The notes below the pieces were generated by a model. The model was not told the origin of the DNA. It was given only the letters and a program-made list of their open reading frames with translations, and searched no databases. The position numbers and the translations under genes are program-made. Below are positions 9,665 to 18,868 of a stretch of 64,000 nucleotides of DNA, in pieces; position 1 is the first letter of the stretch, and every line of letters begins with the position of its first letter. Origin of the DNA: SAR86 cluster bacterium AG-422-O05 (GTDB lineage: Bacteria; Pseudomonadota; Gammaproteobacteria; Magnimaribacterales; D2472); assembly GCA_003213495.1 (NCBI GenBank), contig QCMW01000001.1, positions 1,117,363 to 1,181,362 on the forward strand. Direction: 5' to 3'.

Positions 9665-11155
9665 ATGAACAATTTAAGTAAGCCAAGATTCTTATTATCC
9701 ATACTTCTTATTGTAGTTATAACGACAATTGTTTCTTTAAATTCTGACATTTCAGAATCATTTTTTCTTAATCTTCAATCATCTTTATCTAAGTATCTTG
9801 GTTGGATGATCATTATATTAGCTAATGGTTTTTTAATATTTGCAATATGTCTGGTCTTTACAAAATATAAAAATATTAGACTGGGTGGCCCAAATGCTGT
9901 TCCTAAATATTCCTATGTAAACTGGATAGCTATGTTATTTAGTGCAGGTTTAGGTATTGGTCTCTTATTTTATGGTGTAGCTGAACCAATAATGCACCTA
10001 AATTCTTATCCTGGAATGCTTGATGACAATGTTTCATATAATGCAGGAAAGGCCATTGGATTAGCTAATCTTCATTGGGGTCTGCATGGTTGGGCCATAT
10101 ACTCATTACTTGGTCTTTGTTTTGCTTTTGCAGCATATAATAAAAAACTACCTTTTAGAGTAAGTTCACTCCTCGGAAAAAATGTTGCAAACAACAAGCC
10201 TCTAGCAGTAAGTATCGATATTATTGCGATTTTAACAACTGTCTTAGGAGTTACTACATCACTTGGTCTAGGCACAATTCAAATAAGCTCTGGTCTCTCG
10301 TATGTTTTCTCTGTGCCTGAAAGTTTTGTTAATCAAGTAATTATTATCGTAATAATTACATTAATTGGACTTGCTAGTGTTTGTTTAGGATTAGATAAAG
10401 GAATCAAAAGACTATCGCAAATTAATATGGTGCTTGCTACGACACTTATGATGTTCATTTTTCTATTTGGACCTACCGTTTTTATATTAAATGCATTAAT
10501 TCAAAATTTTGGATCCTATATAAATACACTAATTGAGTCTGCTACATGGACTGAAGTTTATGAATCGACAACTTGGCAAAATGGCTGGACATTGTTCTTT
10601 TATACATGGTGGTTTGCTTGGGCACCATTTGTTTCGTTGTTTATAGCTAGAATTTCTTATGGAAGAACAATTAAAGAGTTCATTATTGGTGTTTTATTTG
10701 TACCATCGTTAATAGTTTTTTTATGGATGGGAATCTTTGGTAATGCAGCTATATATCAAGTAATAAATGAAACAAGTCAATTGAATGAAATTGTAAACAA
10801 TAATTACACTGTTGCTCTTTTTGCTTTATTTGATGTTTACCCTATAGCAACGATAGTTTCTATGCTTGCGTTGCTAATCATTGTAACTTTTTTTGTTACG
10901 TCTTCTGATTCAGGAGCCTTAGTAGCTTCAATGCTTTCGTCTAAAAGTCATGTAGGTATTCACGATGATTCTCCGATTTTATCAAGAGTTACCTGGGCAA
11001 TATTGTTAGGCATTGTTGCGGCAGTTCTTTTATACAAAGGTGGTCTTACTGCACTTCAAACCTCAGTTGTAATATGTGGAGTGCCTTTTTCTATTATTGT
11101 TGTTTTTGCTTGTCGACAGTTTTATAAATCTTTAGAAAGTGAGCTAGAAGACTAA
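9665..11155 (+). CDS. BCCT-family (betaine/choline/carnitine) transporter
   Basis: WIAMLFSAGLGIGLLFYGVAEP, HWGLHGWAIY, WTLFFYTWWFAWAPFV, FFVTSSDSG. Confidence 0.93.
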   Translation: MNNLSKPRFLLSILLIVVITTIVSLNSDISESFFLNLQSSLSKYLGWMIIILANGFLIFAICLVFTKYKNIRLGGPNAVPKYSYVNWIAMLFSAGLGIGLLFYGVAEPIMHLNSYPGMLDDNVSYNAGKAIGLANLHWGLHGWAIYSLLGLCFAFAAYNKKLPFRVSSLLGKNVANNKPLAVSIDIIAILTTVLGVTTSLGLGTIQISSGLSYVFSVPESFVNQVIIIVIITLIGLASVCLGLDKGIKRLSQINMVLATTLMMFIFLFGPTVFILNALIQNFGSYINTLIESATWTEVYESTTWQNGWTLFFYTWWFAWAPFVSLFIARISYGRTIKEFIIGVLFVPSLIVFLWMGIFGNAAIYQVINETSQLNEIVNNNYTVALFALFDVYPIATIVSMLALLIIVTFFVTSSDSGALVASMLSSKSHVGIHDDSPILSRVTWAILLGIVAAVLLYKGGLTALQTSVVICGVPFSIIVVFACRQFYKSLESELED

Positions 11156-11301
11156 TCTAATTCTTCGTCAATTTTTTTTAATTCGTCTTCATCCATTTCA
11201 TCTTCATAAACAAGATTATCATTATTATTATTCATAAATTTTTTAGATATGATTAATGCTGCTGCAACAAATATTAGTATTATTCCGATTTGATATAACA
11301 T
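11152..11301 (-). CDS. Small single-TM protein with acidic tail (49 aa; not in ORF track)
   Basis: MLYQIGIILIFVAAALIISKKFMNNNNDNLVYEDEMDEDELKKIDEELD*; fills the gap and overlaps the BCCT stop. Confidence 0.6.
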   Translation of the reverse strand: MLYQIGIILIFVAAALIISKKFMNNNNDNLVYEDEMDEDELKKIDEELD

Positions 11302-11355
11302 AATTCATTAATTAATTTAGAATGTTTATCTTAACTGTTATTATTTCACTTATAA

Positions 11356-11904
11356 ATGGATGCTTTAAATAATATTCTTAATCGAGTTTCAGCACGAGAG
11401 CTCTCTATACCTCATCCAACAAAAGATGAAATGGATTTAGTATATAAGGCAGCATTGCGTGCTCCTGATCATGCTTGGCTTCGACCGAGTAGTTTTATTG
11501 AGGTCAGTGGAGATGGATTAAAAAAACTATCTTCAATTTTTTTTAAATTTGGAGAATCTATTAATGCATCTGATGAGATAAAAGAAAAATATAAAAACGC
11601 TCCTTACAGAGCGCCAATGATAATTATTTTAGTAAATACTGTAAAAGAACATCCCAAAGTTCCTGAAATTGAACAAAAACTATCAACAGCAACAGCAGCT
11701 CAAAACATAATGCTTGCTTTAAACTCAATGAACTATTCTTGTATTTGGAGAACAGGGAAATTAGCTTTTAATAGAAATGTTCAAAATGATCTAGGTCTGA
11801 AAGAGAATCAGGAAATCCTAGGATATCTCTATGTAGGCACAGAAACAGGAGTTAAAAAAAAGATTCCTGAATTAGATATTGATGATTTTGTCTCATATCT
11901 TTGA
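11356..11904 (+). CDS. Nitroreductase family protein (YdjA-like)
   Basis: NRVS, AALRAPDH..LRP, KVPEIEQ, AQNIMLA, WRTG. Confidence 0.88.
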   Translation: MDALNNILNRVSARELSIPHPTKDEMDLVYKAALRAPDHAWLRPSSFIEVSGDGLKKLSSIFFKFGESINASDEIKEKYKNAPYRAPMIIILVNTVKEHPKVPEIEQKLSTATAAQNIMLALNSMNYSCIWRTGKLAFNRNVQNDLGLKENQEILGYLYVGTETGVKKKIPELDIDDFVSYL

Positions 11905-11932
11905 ATTTAGTTTTTATATAGTGAGGAAAGTC

Positions 11933-12631
11933 TCATAATATAATCTTCTCTATATTATTAAGATCATTATGAATAATTTCTTCATTACTTAAACTTACTA
12001 AGTGAACATTGGTATCAGTCCCAAAACTAACAGAATACTTTGGAATATCATTTACAAGATGTAGGGCGCAAAAACCCTCTATAGCAATGCACTCATCGAT
12101 TTGTTTGTTATTGAGAATTTCTTTTACATAAGGAATCCTTTCAGGCTCTTCATCATAATGAGGACAACATACACCATCAACAAAACCAAGGCATGGCAAA
12201 ATAGCTTGGTGATCTTTCCATGAATCTGTTATGCCATTATTAAACCAGCATATTGCGCCTGCACTGACTCCACTCATAATTACTCCATTCTGATAAGCAT
12301 TATTTAAAATATTATCGAGGCCCCACTCTCTCCAAACCGCAAGCATGCTTTTTGTATTTCCTCCTCCAACAAAAACTATATCTTGTTCTGCAATATGTTT
12401 ATCTAATTTAATAGTTCTCTTAAAAAAATCTATATGAGAAGTTTTGCAATTTAGCGAATCAAAAGCTTTATAAAAATTCTCAATATAGCCTTGATCATCT
12501 CCAGTTGCGGTTGGAATGAAACAAATTGATGGATTTTTGTTTTTTGACTGATTAACTATATATTTTTCAATTTTTAAATCCTTTATTTGACGGCCAAATC
12601 CACCACCACCAATTGCAATAATTTGTTTCAT
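11933..12631 (-). CDS. Peptidase E / S51 family dipeptidase
   Basis: IAIGGG, FIPTA, FVGGGNT, GVSAGA nucleophile, CPHYD. Confidence 0.88.
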   Translation of the reverse strand: MKQIIAIGGGGFGRQIKDLKIEKYIVNQSKNKNPSICFIPTATGDDQGYIENFYKAFDSLNCKTSHIDFFKRTIKLDKHIAEQDIVFVGGGNTKSMLAVWREWGLDNILNNAYQNGVIMSGVSAGAICWFNNGITDSWKDHQAILPCLGFVDGVCCPHYDEEPERIPYVKEILNNKQIDECIAIEGFCALHLVNDIPKYSVSFGTDTNVHLVSLSNEEIIHNDLNNIEKIIL

Positions 12632-14226
12632 TATTCTTTCAACTCCATATTTAAAGTTTGTTTTAAAGGGTCAAGCCAAGGTTCAAAATATTCCCATTGA
12701 CCTACTCCTTTTTTATATATTGGTTGTCTAACTTGTTCTGAACTTGGAGTTCTAACTGTTCTCTTGGTTTTAAAAAAATTTAAACAATCTTCTTCAAAAT
12801 CAAGCTCACAAAAATCCAATAATTTTCTTATTTCAACTTCAGTATTTTCTACCATGTCCTCATATACGACTTTATGAACTTTATTTGGTAAAACTTTATT
12901 CCAATGCTGCATAAGTTTTAAATAATCAAGATAATAATTTCCAATCCTATTTTGAGAATAAGTAAAACCTTGACCAGAACCAAAAAGTTGCTTGTAACAG
13001 CTAAAACAGCAATCCATTGGATTTCTTCGTGTATCAATTATCTTTGCATTAGGAAGAATGAGGTGAATTAGGCCAATATGAACAAAGTTATTTGGCATCT
13101 TGTCTATAAAATAAGGTTTATCAGTCACTCTTTGGTCAAGTGTATTGTCAATATATGCCTTACCCATTTTTTTGAATTCTGATTTTTTCATATTTTTTAA
13201 GGCAGATGGATATTCAGATTTGCTAGAAGAATCTTTTTTATTAGCGATCTTTCTTGATAAAGCAATAATATTCTGTAACTCAGTTGTTCCTTCTACAAGA
13301 GAGTGTGATGATAAAATTTGCTCAACAAGTGTTGAACCCGATCTTGGAAGACCAACAACAAATATCGGATCAGAATTCTTGTCACCAACACCTTCGTATT
13401 CTTTTATAAAATCTTTAGTAAAAAAATTTATTAACTCATTACATTCATTTGTAAAGTCTCTTGAATCCCATGGAACCTGTTTACTTTTTATGGTGTTACC
13501 TTTTGTATATGCAGCCATAGCTGATTCAAAGTTTTTAGCATCTTCTTCAGCTTTACCTAAAGCAAATAGCAAGTGAAAATAATCATCAATTTTACAATCT
13601 TTATCATTTAACAGTTCATGCAAACTTTTCATATCACTTTCAGTGAACTTATAAGTTTTTAAATTAGCTAAACTCCAATATGCTTCTCCATATCCTGTTT
13701 TACTGGAAATAGCATTTTTATATGAATTAATTGCTTCGTCTAATCTTCCAACAGCTCTGAGCGTATGTCCGTAACTTAAATGAAGTTGGTTGTTTTTAAC
13801 CCCATGATCTTTAATAATTTTCTCAAAAATTGTTAAAGCCTGATCGTGTTGATTTGCTAAGGCCAAATTTACTGCTTTAAGAGTTAAGTATTGATTATTA
13901 TTTGCTTCTTTTTCTAAAAGAATATTTATATGTTTAAGAGCTTCAAATGGAAGCTGTCTTTTATATAAAAGATTCGCATAACTTAACCTAGCTGGGTCAT
14001 ATTCAGGAGATAAATCTAAAGCACGTGTGAGCAAATATCCAGCATCTTTATAGGCTCTAAATTTAATACCAATATCAGCCAATAGCTTCATTGCATTAAC
14101 ATCCATAGGATATTCCATAAGATAATCTCTTAGGATGGGTTCAGCTTTCTTTAGTTTTTCCTCTGAGATATATTTCGCGGCTTGTATTAAAGCTTCAGGA
14201 ATATTATCTTTAGAATATGCGTTCAA
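12631..14226 (-). CDS. TPR-repeat sulfotransferase family protein (paralog 2)
   Basis: TPRs; IFVVGLPRSGSTLVEQILSSH, DKMPNNF, RNPMDCCFS, TPSSEQVRQPIY; TTG start. Confidence 0.9.
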   Translation of the reverse strand: MNAYSKDNIPEALIQAAKYISEEKLKKAEPILRDYLMEYPMDVNAMKLLADIGIKFRAYKDAGYLLTRALDLSPEYDPARLSYANLLYKRQLPFEALKHINILLEKEANNNQYLTLKAVNLALANQHDQALTIFEKIIKDHGVKNNQLHLSYGHTLRAVGRLDEAINSYKNAISSKTGYGEAYWSLANLKTYKFTESDMKSLHELLNDKDCKIDDYFHLLFALGKAEEDAKNFESAMAAYTKGNTIKSKQVPWDSRDFTNECNELINFFTKDFIKEYEGVGDKNSDPIFVVGLPRSGSTLVEQILSSHSLVEGTTELQNIIALSRKIANKKDSSSKSEYPSALKNMKKSEFKKMGKAYIDNTLDQRVTDKPYFIDKMPNNFVHIGLIHLILPNAKIIDTRRNPMDCCFSCYKQLFGSGQGFTYSQNRIGNYYLDYLKLMQHWNKVLPNKVHKVVYEDMVENTEVEIRKLLDFCELDFEEDCLNFFKTKRTVRTPSSEQVRQPIYKKGVGQWEYFEPWLDPLKQTLNMELKE

Positions 14227-14239
14227 TTGTAATTAAATA

Positions 14240-14268
14240 AAAAAGGCTGCATCCAGTACAGCCTTTTT
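14240..14268 (-). terminator. Intrinsic terminator/stem-loop after TBDR2
   Basis: aaaaaggctg-catccagta-cagccttttt. Confidence 0.75.
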
Positions 14269-14286
14269 GTTAGTTATTAAATACTA

Positions 14287-16554
14287 TTATTTATAGTTCC
14301 AACTAAATTTAACACCAACTGTAGTTGGTCTATTTACAGTAGTTAATCGTTGGATATCTTCACTATTTATATAAAGTTGTGCAACTTCATCAAATATATT
14401 GTCCATATATATTTGCATTGTCGAGTTTTCTCCAACTTGCGTAGTGAATGATAAATTAGCAATACCATAGGAGTCTTGCATCTCTCTATCATCATAGAAA
14501 AGATCGTTCCACATTTCATCTACATAAACATAGTTGAACTGAAGACTTGATGTATCACCAGTATCTACATTAACAGTTACGTTATATTTAGTATCAGGGG
14601 TAAATGGAAGGTCTTGACCATCTTTAGCCTCTACCACTCCTCTTAATACATAATCTTCCTTGAGAACAGCTTCATTATTGGCATAACCAACAGCTACGGT
14701 CACTGTGTCACTAAGAATATACTTAGCATCAATCTCAAAACCGTTACTATTTGCTTTACCAATATTATCAACTAGACCTAGCAATGATATTGAGGAGTCA
14801 AACCATCCAAGCTGGATATCATCCCAATCCATTTGATACATAGCACCGTTTAATCTTAGTCTTCCATCCATAGAGATAGATTTAAACCCAAACTCTGTAC
14901 TAGTTAAGAAGTCTGCATCATAAGTAGCGCCTAATTGAGATGTTCTATTAGCACCACCAGGTCTATATCCTTCAGATCTAGTAATGTAAAGCATAGAATT
15001 GTTGTCTACTTGATATGATAGATTAATTTTTGAAATACTATCGCTGCCATCATATTTAGAATTGACATTGTCAGATCGTGTTGAGCTACCTAAGATATAA
15101 TTTGGCCAGAAAACAGTTCCAACAAACCCCTTTAAAGTGGTTTCATTATCAAACTTTCTATGACCTAATGTTAATTCCATTTTGTCATTAATTTGATAGT
15201 AAAGTTCACCAAAAACAGCTGATTCATCCTCGGCTCTTACTTGATCTGTTTGATAATACAAATCATCAGAACCAGGAACAGCAGCAGCTGGATTAATTGC
15301 TGGAACGTGCCATTGTGAATCATACTCAGTTACGTTTTCAGTTTGGAAAGCTCCAATTATCCAATTAAATTTTTCACCTTCTTTTGATGATAGTCTTACT
15401 TCAGTTGTGTCATATTCTTGATGAGTATCGTTTTCAAATTGGATACTAGGATCAACACAAGGACCAAAATAGTATTCGTAACAGGTGTAATATCCTTCAA
15501 CATAACCATCAATTGAATAGTGAGAATAATCACTTAATACTTCAAAATCTCTCTCTAAGCTTGATGTAGTAAAAGTTAAATCTGCAAATCCGAGATCACC
15601 AGTTACTGTAGCTGAAAATCTAGTCCACTCATCATGAGTTTTGTCATCATAAAACCTACTTACGTTATATTCTCCAAGCTCATCTGGATTATGGTCCCAA
15701 ACACCATTTGTTGATGTTTCTTGACCCATGTAGTTAACATCTAGTTTCCAGTTTTCACTTAGATCAACTCTTAATGCAGCTCTATAACCATCTTTAACTG
15801 CATCGTTAAAGTTATCTTCAACGAAAACTTCATTAGACCTTGTAATACCACTTACTGGATAGGTAATTGAATCATTTACTGAATCAATAAAACCACCATC
15901 CCTGTCGTTAAATCCAACAAACCTTAAAGCAGCATTTTGTGATAGAGGAATATTAACGAAACCTTCAACCATTGTGCTTCCATCTCCACCCCGGGTAGAT
16001 TCAGCACTTAAATTAAAACCAGAATCAAACTCTGAGGAAGGTTTTTTTGTAATTATTTTTAAATTACCGGCTTGTGATGCTGCCCCATATAATGTTCCTT
16101 GTGGACCAGTTAATGACTCAACTCTCTCAATATCATAAACATGAACATCAAGATTATCACCAATCATTGTTACTGGAGATTCATCTAAGTATATAGCTAC
16201 AGCTGGGCCTTGCAGTGATTGGTTTACATTACCACCATCAGATATACCTCTCATAAAGATTTGGCCTTGACCAGGTCTTCTTTGAACAGCAGAGGCTGCA
16301 GGCAATTGAAGCACATAGTCAGCAAAATCTTTAATATTTAATGAATCAAGCTCATCAGCAGATAAGGTTGTTACACTTATTGGTACATTTTGAAGGTTTT
16401 CAGATTTCTTTTGAGCGCTGACAATAACCTCTTCGATCATCATATCGTCTTGTGCAATAGTATTAGCACTCACTAAAACTGCAGATGCAATCGCAGTAGC
16501 TTTTGTAGTTTTAACTACAGCATCGTGAACCTTCTCGGCATGAAAAATATTCAT
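14287..16554 (-). CDS. TonB-dependent receptor (TBDR2, paralog of TBDR1)
   Basis: IEEVIVSA, GPQGTLYGAASQAG, TRSEGYRPGG shared with TBDR1; start at ATG 16554 after GGGGG SD. Confidence 0.93.
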   Translation of the reverse strand: MNIFHAEKVHDAVVKTTKATAIASAVLVSANTIAQDDMMIEEVIVSAQKKSENLQNVPISVTTLSADELDSLNIKDFADYVLQLPAASAVQRRPGQGQIFMRGISDGGNVNQSLQGPAVAIYLDESPVTMIGDNLDVHVYDIERVESLTGPQGTLYGAASQAGNLKIITKKPSSEFDSGFNLSAESTRGGDGSTMVEGFVNIPLSQNAALRFVGFNDRDGGFIDSVNDSITYPVSGITRSNEVFVEDNFNDAVKDGYRAALRVDLSENWKLDVNYMGQETSTNGVWDHNPDELGEYNVSRFYDDKTHDEWTRFSATVTGDLGFADLTFTTSSLERDFEVLSDYSHYSIDGYVEGYYTCYEYYFGPCVDPSIQFENDTHQEYDTTEVRLSSKEGEKFNWIIGAFQTENVTEYDSQWHVPAINPAAAVPGSDDLYYQTDQVRAEDESAVFGELYYQINDKMELTLGHRKFDNETTLKGFVGTVFWPNYILGSSTRSDNVNSKYDGSDSISKINLSYQVDNNSMLYITRSEGYRPGGANRTSQLGATYDADFLTSTEFGFKSISMDGRLRLNGAMYQMDWDDIQLGWFDSSISLLGLVDNIGKANSNGFEIDAKYILSDTVTVAVGYANNEAVLKEDYVLRGVVEAKDGQDLPFTPDTKYNVTVNVDTGDTSSLQFNYVYVDEMWNDLFYDDREMQDSYGIANLSFTTQVGENSTMQIYMDNIFDEVAQLYINSEDIQRLTTVNRPTTVGVKFSWNYK

Positions 16555-16618
16555 AGTTTCCCCCAAATAAATAAATTATTGCTAAATATTATAATAAAAA
16601 CGTTTTATAGTAAATTTT

Positions 16619-18175
16619 TTAATAGCCCAATACACGACATACATCAATAGACCTGCTCGGTTTCATTGATATTTCTTCATTAAATGATAGAACATTAAAG
16701 ATATTAGAATCATATTGCTGCCATTCCATTAGTCGTTTGTTTGGATTACCTGTCTTTATAAAATTTACCCAAAAATCTTGGATTTTATTTGTTATAACTA
16801 TGTCTGTATCGCTTGTTGGTAACCAATCATCATGCGTATTAAAAATATATGGCAATTCTGCTCCATGGTAGGCACCCATTTCTCTACTTTTAGGACCATC
16901 TCTTACTCTATCAAACGAATAGAACCAGACTTGATTATTGGTGTTTTCTTTCAGAGATTTTGCAATAAAAGATGAGGGACACGTCCAGTTTCTAGCTGTT
17001 AATAGATAATTAAGTTTCTCCTTTTCATTTTTGATACTTGATGTGAGTGAATCTAATTTTTCTGTTTCGGTATAAAAGCCCCAACTTTCACGTTCATTAT
17101 AAAAATCATATAAATAATAATCCTTATCCAGATACATAAGCTCTTCATCAGCATTTGTGCCAATAATTAGATCAACGTGATTATAATTTCCTTGTTCATA
17201 AGATTTATAAAGCGACTCAAAAATAGAAAAATTATCTATAACAGGATAATAACCAACGTATCCAAATATTTCTTCAGCTGAATAAAGTAAAGTTACAGAA
17301 TCAACTGCTCGTAATTCTTTTAAGTTATTTAATTTATTAGTTTTGCCAATTAGTTTTTTAGATAACTTATCTGATAGTTCTGTTTGAATATCATAATCTA
17401 TATCTTTTTCTGCTATAGACCAGCCTGCGCTCTGATGAATAGCTTTATTAAATAAACCTTTTGCTAAGGGAGAAGCAATTAAATGTGCAACATTGGTGGC
17501 ACCAGCTGATTCACCTGAAATTGTAATATTTTCTGGGTCTCCTCCAACTTTAGCAATATTTTCTCTAACCCAATTTAATGACTCTATCAAATCAAGTAAT
17601 GCAAAATTAGATGCATCTAAATAAGGATGCGAGTAAAAACCAAAAACTCCAAGCCGATAAGAAACAGTGATAACAATTACACCCTTTCTGGATAAGTTTT
17701 TTCCAATATAATTTGGTTCAAATGACCAACCAGCTCTATTTGATCCCCCATGAATATAAATGAGTACAGGAATTTTTTCTTTATTATCAAGTTCATTAGG
17801 AACCCACATATTTAGATACAAACAATCTTCAGAAATTTCTGGTGTTTTAATATAATTAGGGTCGCCTCCAAATCCAGCAGCTACTCCCTTATACCAATTT
17901 ACAATTCTTGGGCCTTGCATGCATGCAGGTGCAAATTTATCCGCCACAAACCTATTTGTTTCAAATATTTTTGGTTGTGTAACTTCCCACCTCAGTGAAC
18001 CAATTGGTGGCTCTGCATAAGGCACACCCAAATAAATATCTACATCTTCAGAGGAGATTCCAACTATTTCTGTATCATTAACGTAAAAACTTGGGTTTGC
18101 AATTATTTCAAAAGTAGAAACATGTGCTGTCATTATTAATAAGATTTTAAGAGTATTTTTTTTCAGGTTATGCAT
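16619..18175 (-). CDS. Type-B carboxylesterase (cholinesterase fold)
   Basis: YLGVPYAEPP, SEDCLYLN, IHGG, GESAG nucleophile, HGAEL. Confidence 0.9.
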   Translation of the reverse strand: MHNLKKNTLKILLIMTAHVSTFEIIANPSFYVNDTEIVGISSEDVDIYLGVPYAEPPIGSLRWEVTQPKIFETNRFVADKFAPACMQGPRIVNWYKGVAAGFGGDPNYIKTPEISEDCLYLNMWVPNELDNKEKIPVLIYIHGGSNRAGWSFEPNYIGKNLSRKGVIVITVSYRLGVFGFYSHPYLDASNFALLDLIESLNWVRENIAKVGGDPENITISGESAGATNVAHLIASPLAKGLFNKAIHQSAGWSIAEKDIDYDIQTELSDKLSKKLIGKTNKLNNLKELRAVDSVTLLYSAEEIFGYVGYYPVIDNFSIFESLYKSYEQGNYNHVDLIIGTNADEELMYLDKDYYLYDFYNERESWGFYTETEKLDSLTSSIKNEKEKLNYLLTARNWTCPSSFIAKSLKENTNNQVWFYSFDRVRDGPKSREMGAYHGAELPYIFNTHDDWLPTSDTDIVITNKIQDFWVNFIKTGNPNKRLMEWQQYDSNIFNVLSFNEEISMKPSRSIDVCRVLGY

Positions 18176-18845
18176 TTTTATTATGAAATTCTATCAATCT
18201 TTTCTTCCAGAGCCTCGTAAGAATATTAAATTCTGTAGGTTTTACAATAAATTCTTGAAAAATTAAGTTTCTGTCGATCATCAAAATAACAATCTGATTG
18301 ATATCAGTATCAAACATTACATTATGCGCATTTGCATAGGCACAACATTGAAGAAAATAATCTTCAATCCACTCTCTCTTTTTCATTTTTCTAGCAGTCT
18401 TAAAATCTATCAGAGATGGCACTCCATTAATCTTACCAACACAATCTGCTGTTCCAGCATACAAACCATCAAGAATTAATCCCACCTCTAAACCCCACAC
18501 TTCAGTAATAGAATTAAGTCCAGATTCAATAAATTTTTCAGTCATTCTTTCAGCAAGAACTCCATCTTCATTATCAGAAAAATTTCTCCACTCCTGTTCA
18601 TTTAGATATAACTCTAAAGCCTCATGAACCATAGTTCCAATATCTGTACTCTGTTTAATGATTCTATTAGCCTCTTCTTCACCAACTCTATTGCGCCACT
18701 GCTGAATAGAATCTTTTTTATTGGAGGTTTTATTTAAAACCGTAGTAACACTAGGTACTGGATTATTTTTTGAATCTAAATAAAATCTACCTTCGTTACT
18801 CTCTTGTCTTTTTAACTCAGGATAAGTATAAATATTTGTTATCAT
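18168..18845 (-). CDS. PD-(D/E)XK exonuclease, phage/MGME1-like
   Basis: PSVTTVL, WR.RVG.EEA, GT.VH, YAGTADC, IDFKT, YFLQ..AYA; no Fe-S cysteine cluster. Confidence 0.8.
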   Translation of the reverse strand: MITNIYTYPELKRQESNEGRFYLDSKNNPVPSVTTVLNKTSNKKDSIQQWRNRVGEEEANRIIKQSTDIGTMVHEALELYLNEQEWRNFSDNEDGVLAERMTEKFIESGLNSITEVWGLEVGLILDGLYAGTADCVGKINGVPSLIDFKTARKMKKREWIEDYFLQCCAYANAHNVMFDTDINQIVILMIDRNLIFQEFIVKPTEFNILTRLWKKRLIEFHNKNA

Positions 18846-18868
18846 TACTTTTTACTTTGCGATTTAAA

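Noticed and set aside
18168-18845. Cas4/CRISPR system or prophage remnant
   Set aside because: No repeat-spacer array, cas genes, integrase or structural phage genes nearby; lacks the Cas4 Fe-S cysteine pattern
18770-18868. 99-nt N-terminal extension of BCCT2 overlapping the nuclease head-on; similar extensions for TBDR1/2/4, phytase, pit and gspF
   Set aside because: Artefacts of longest-ORF calling; downstream ATGs fit SD, -10 or signal-peptide context better
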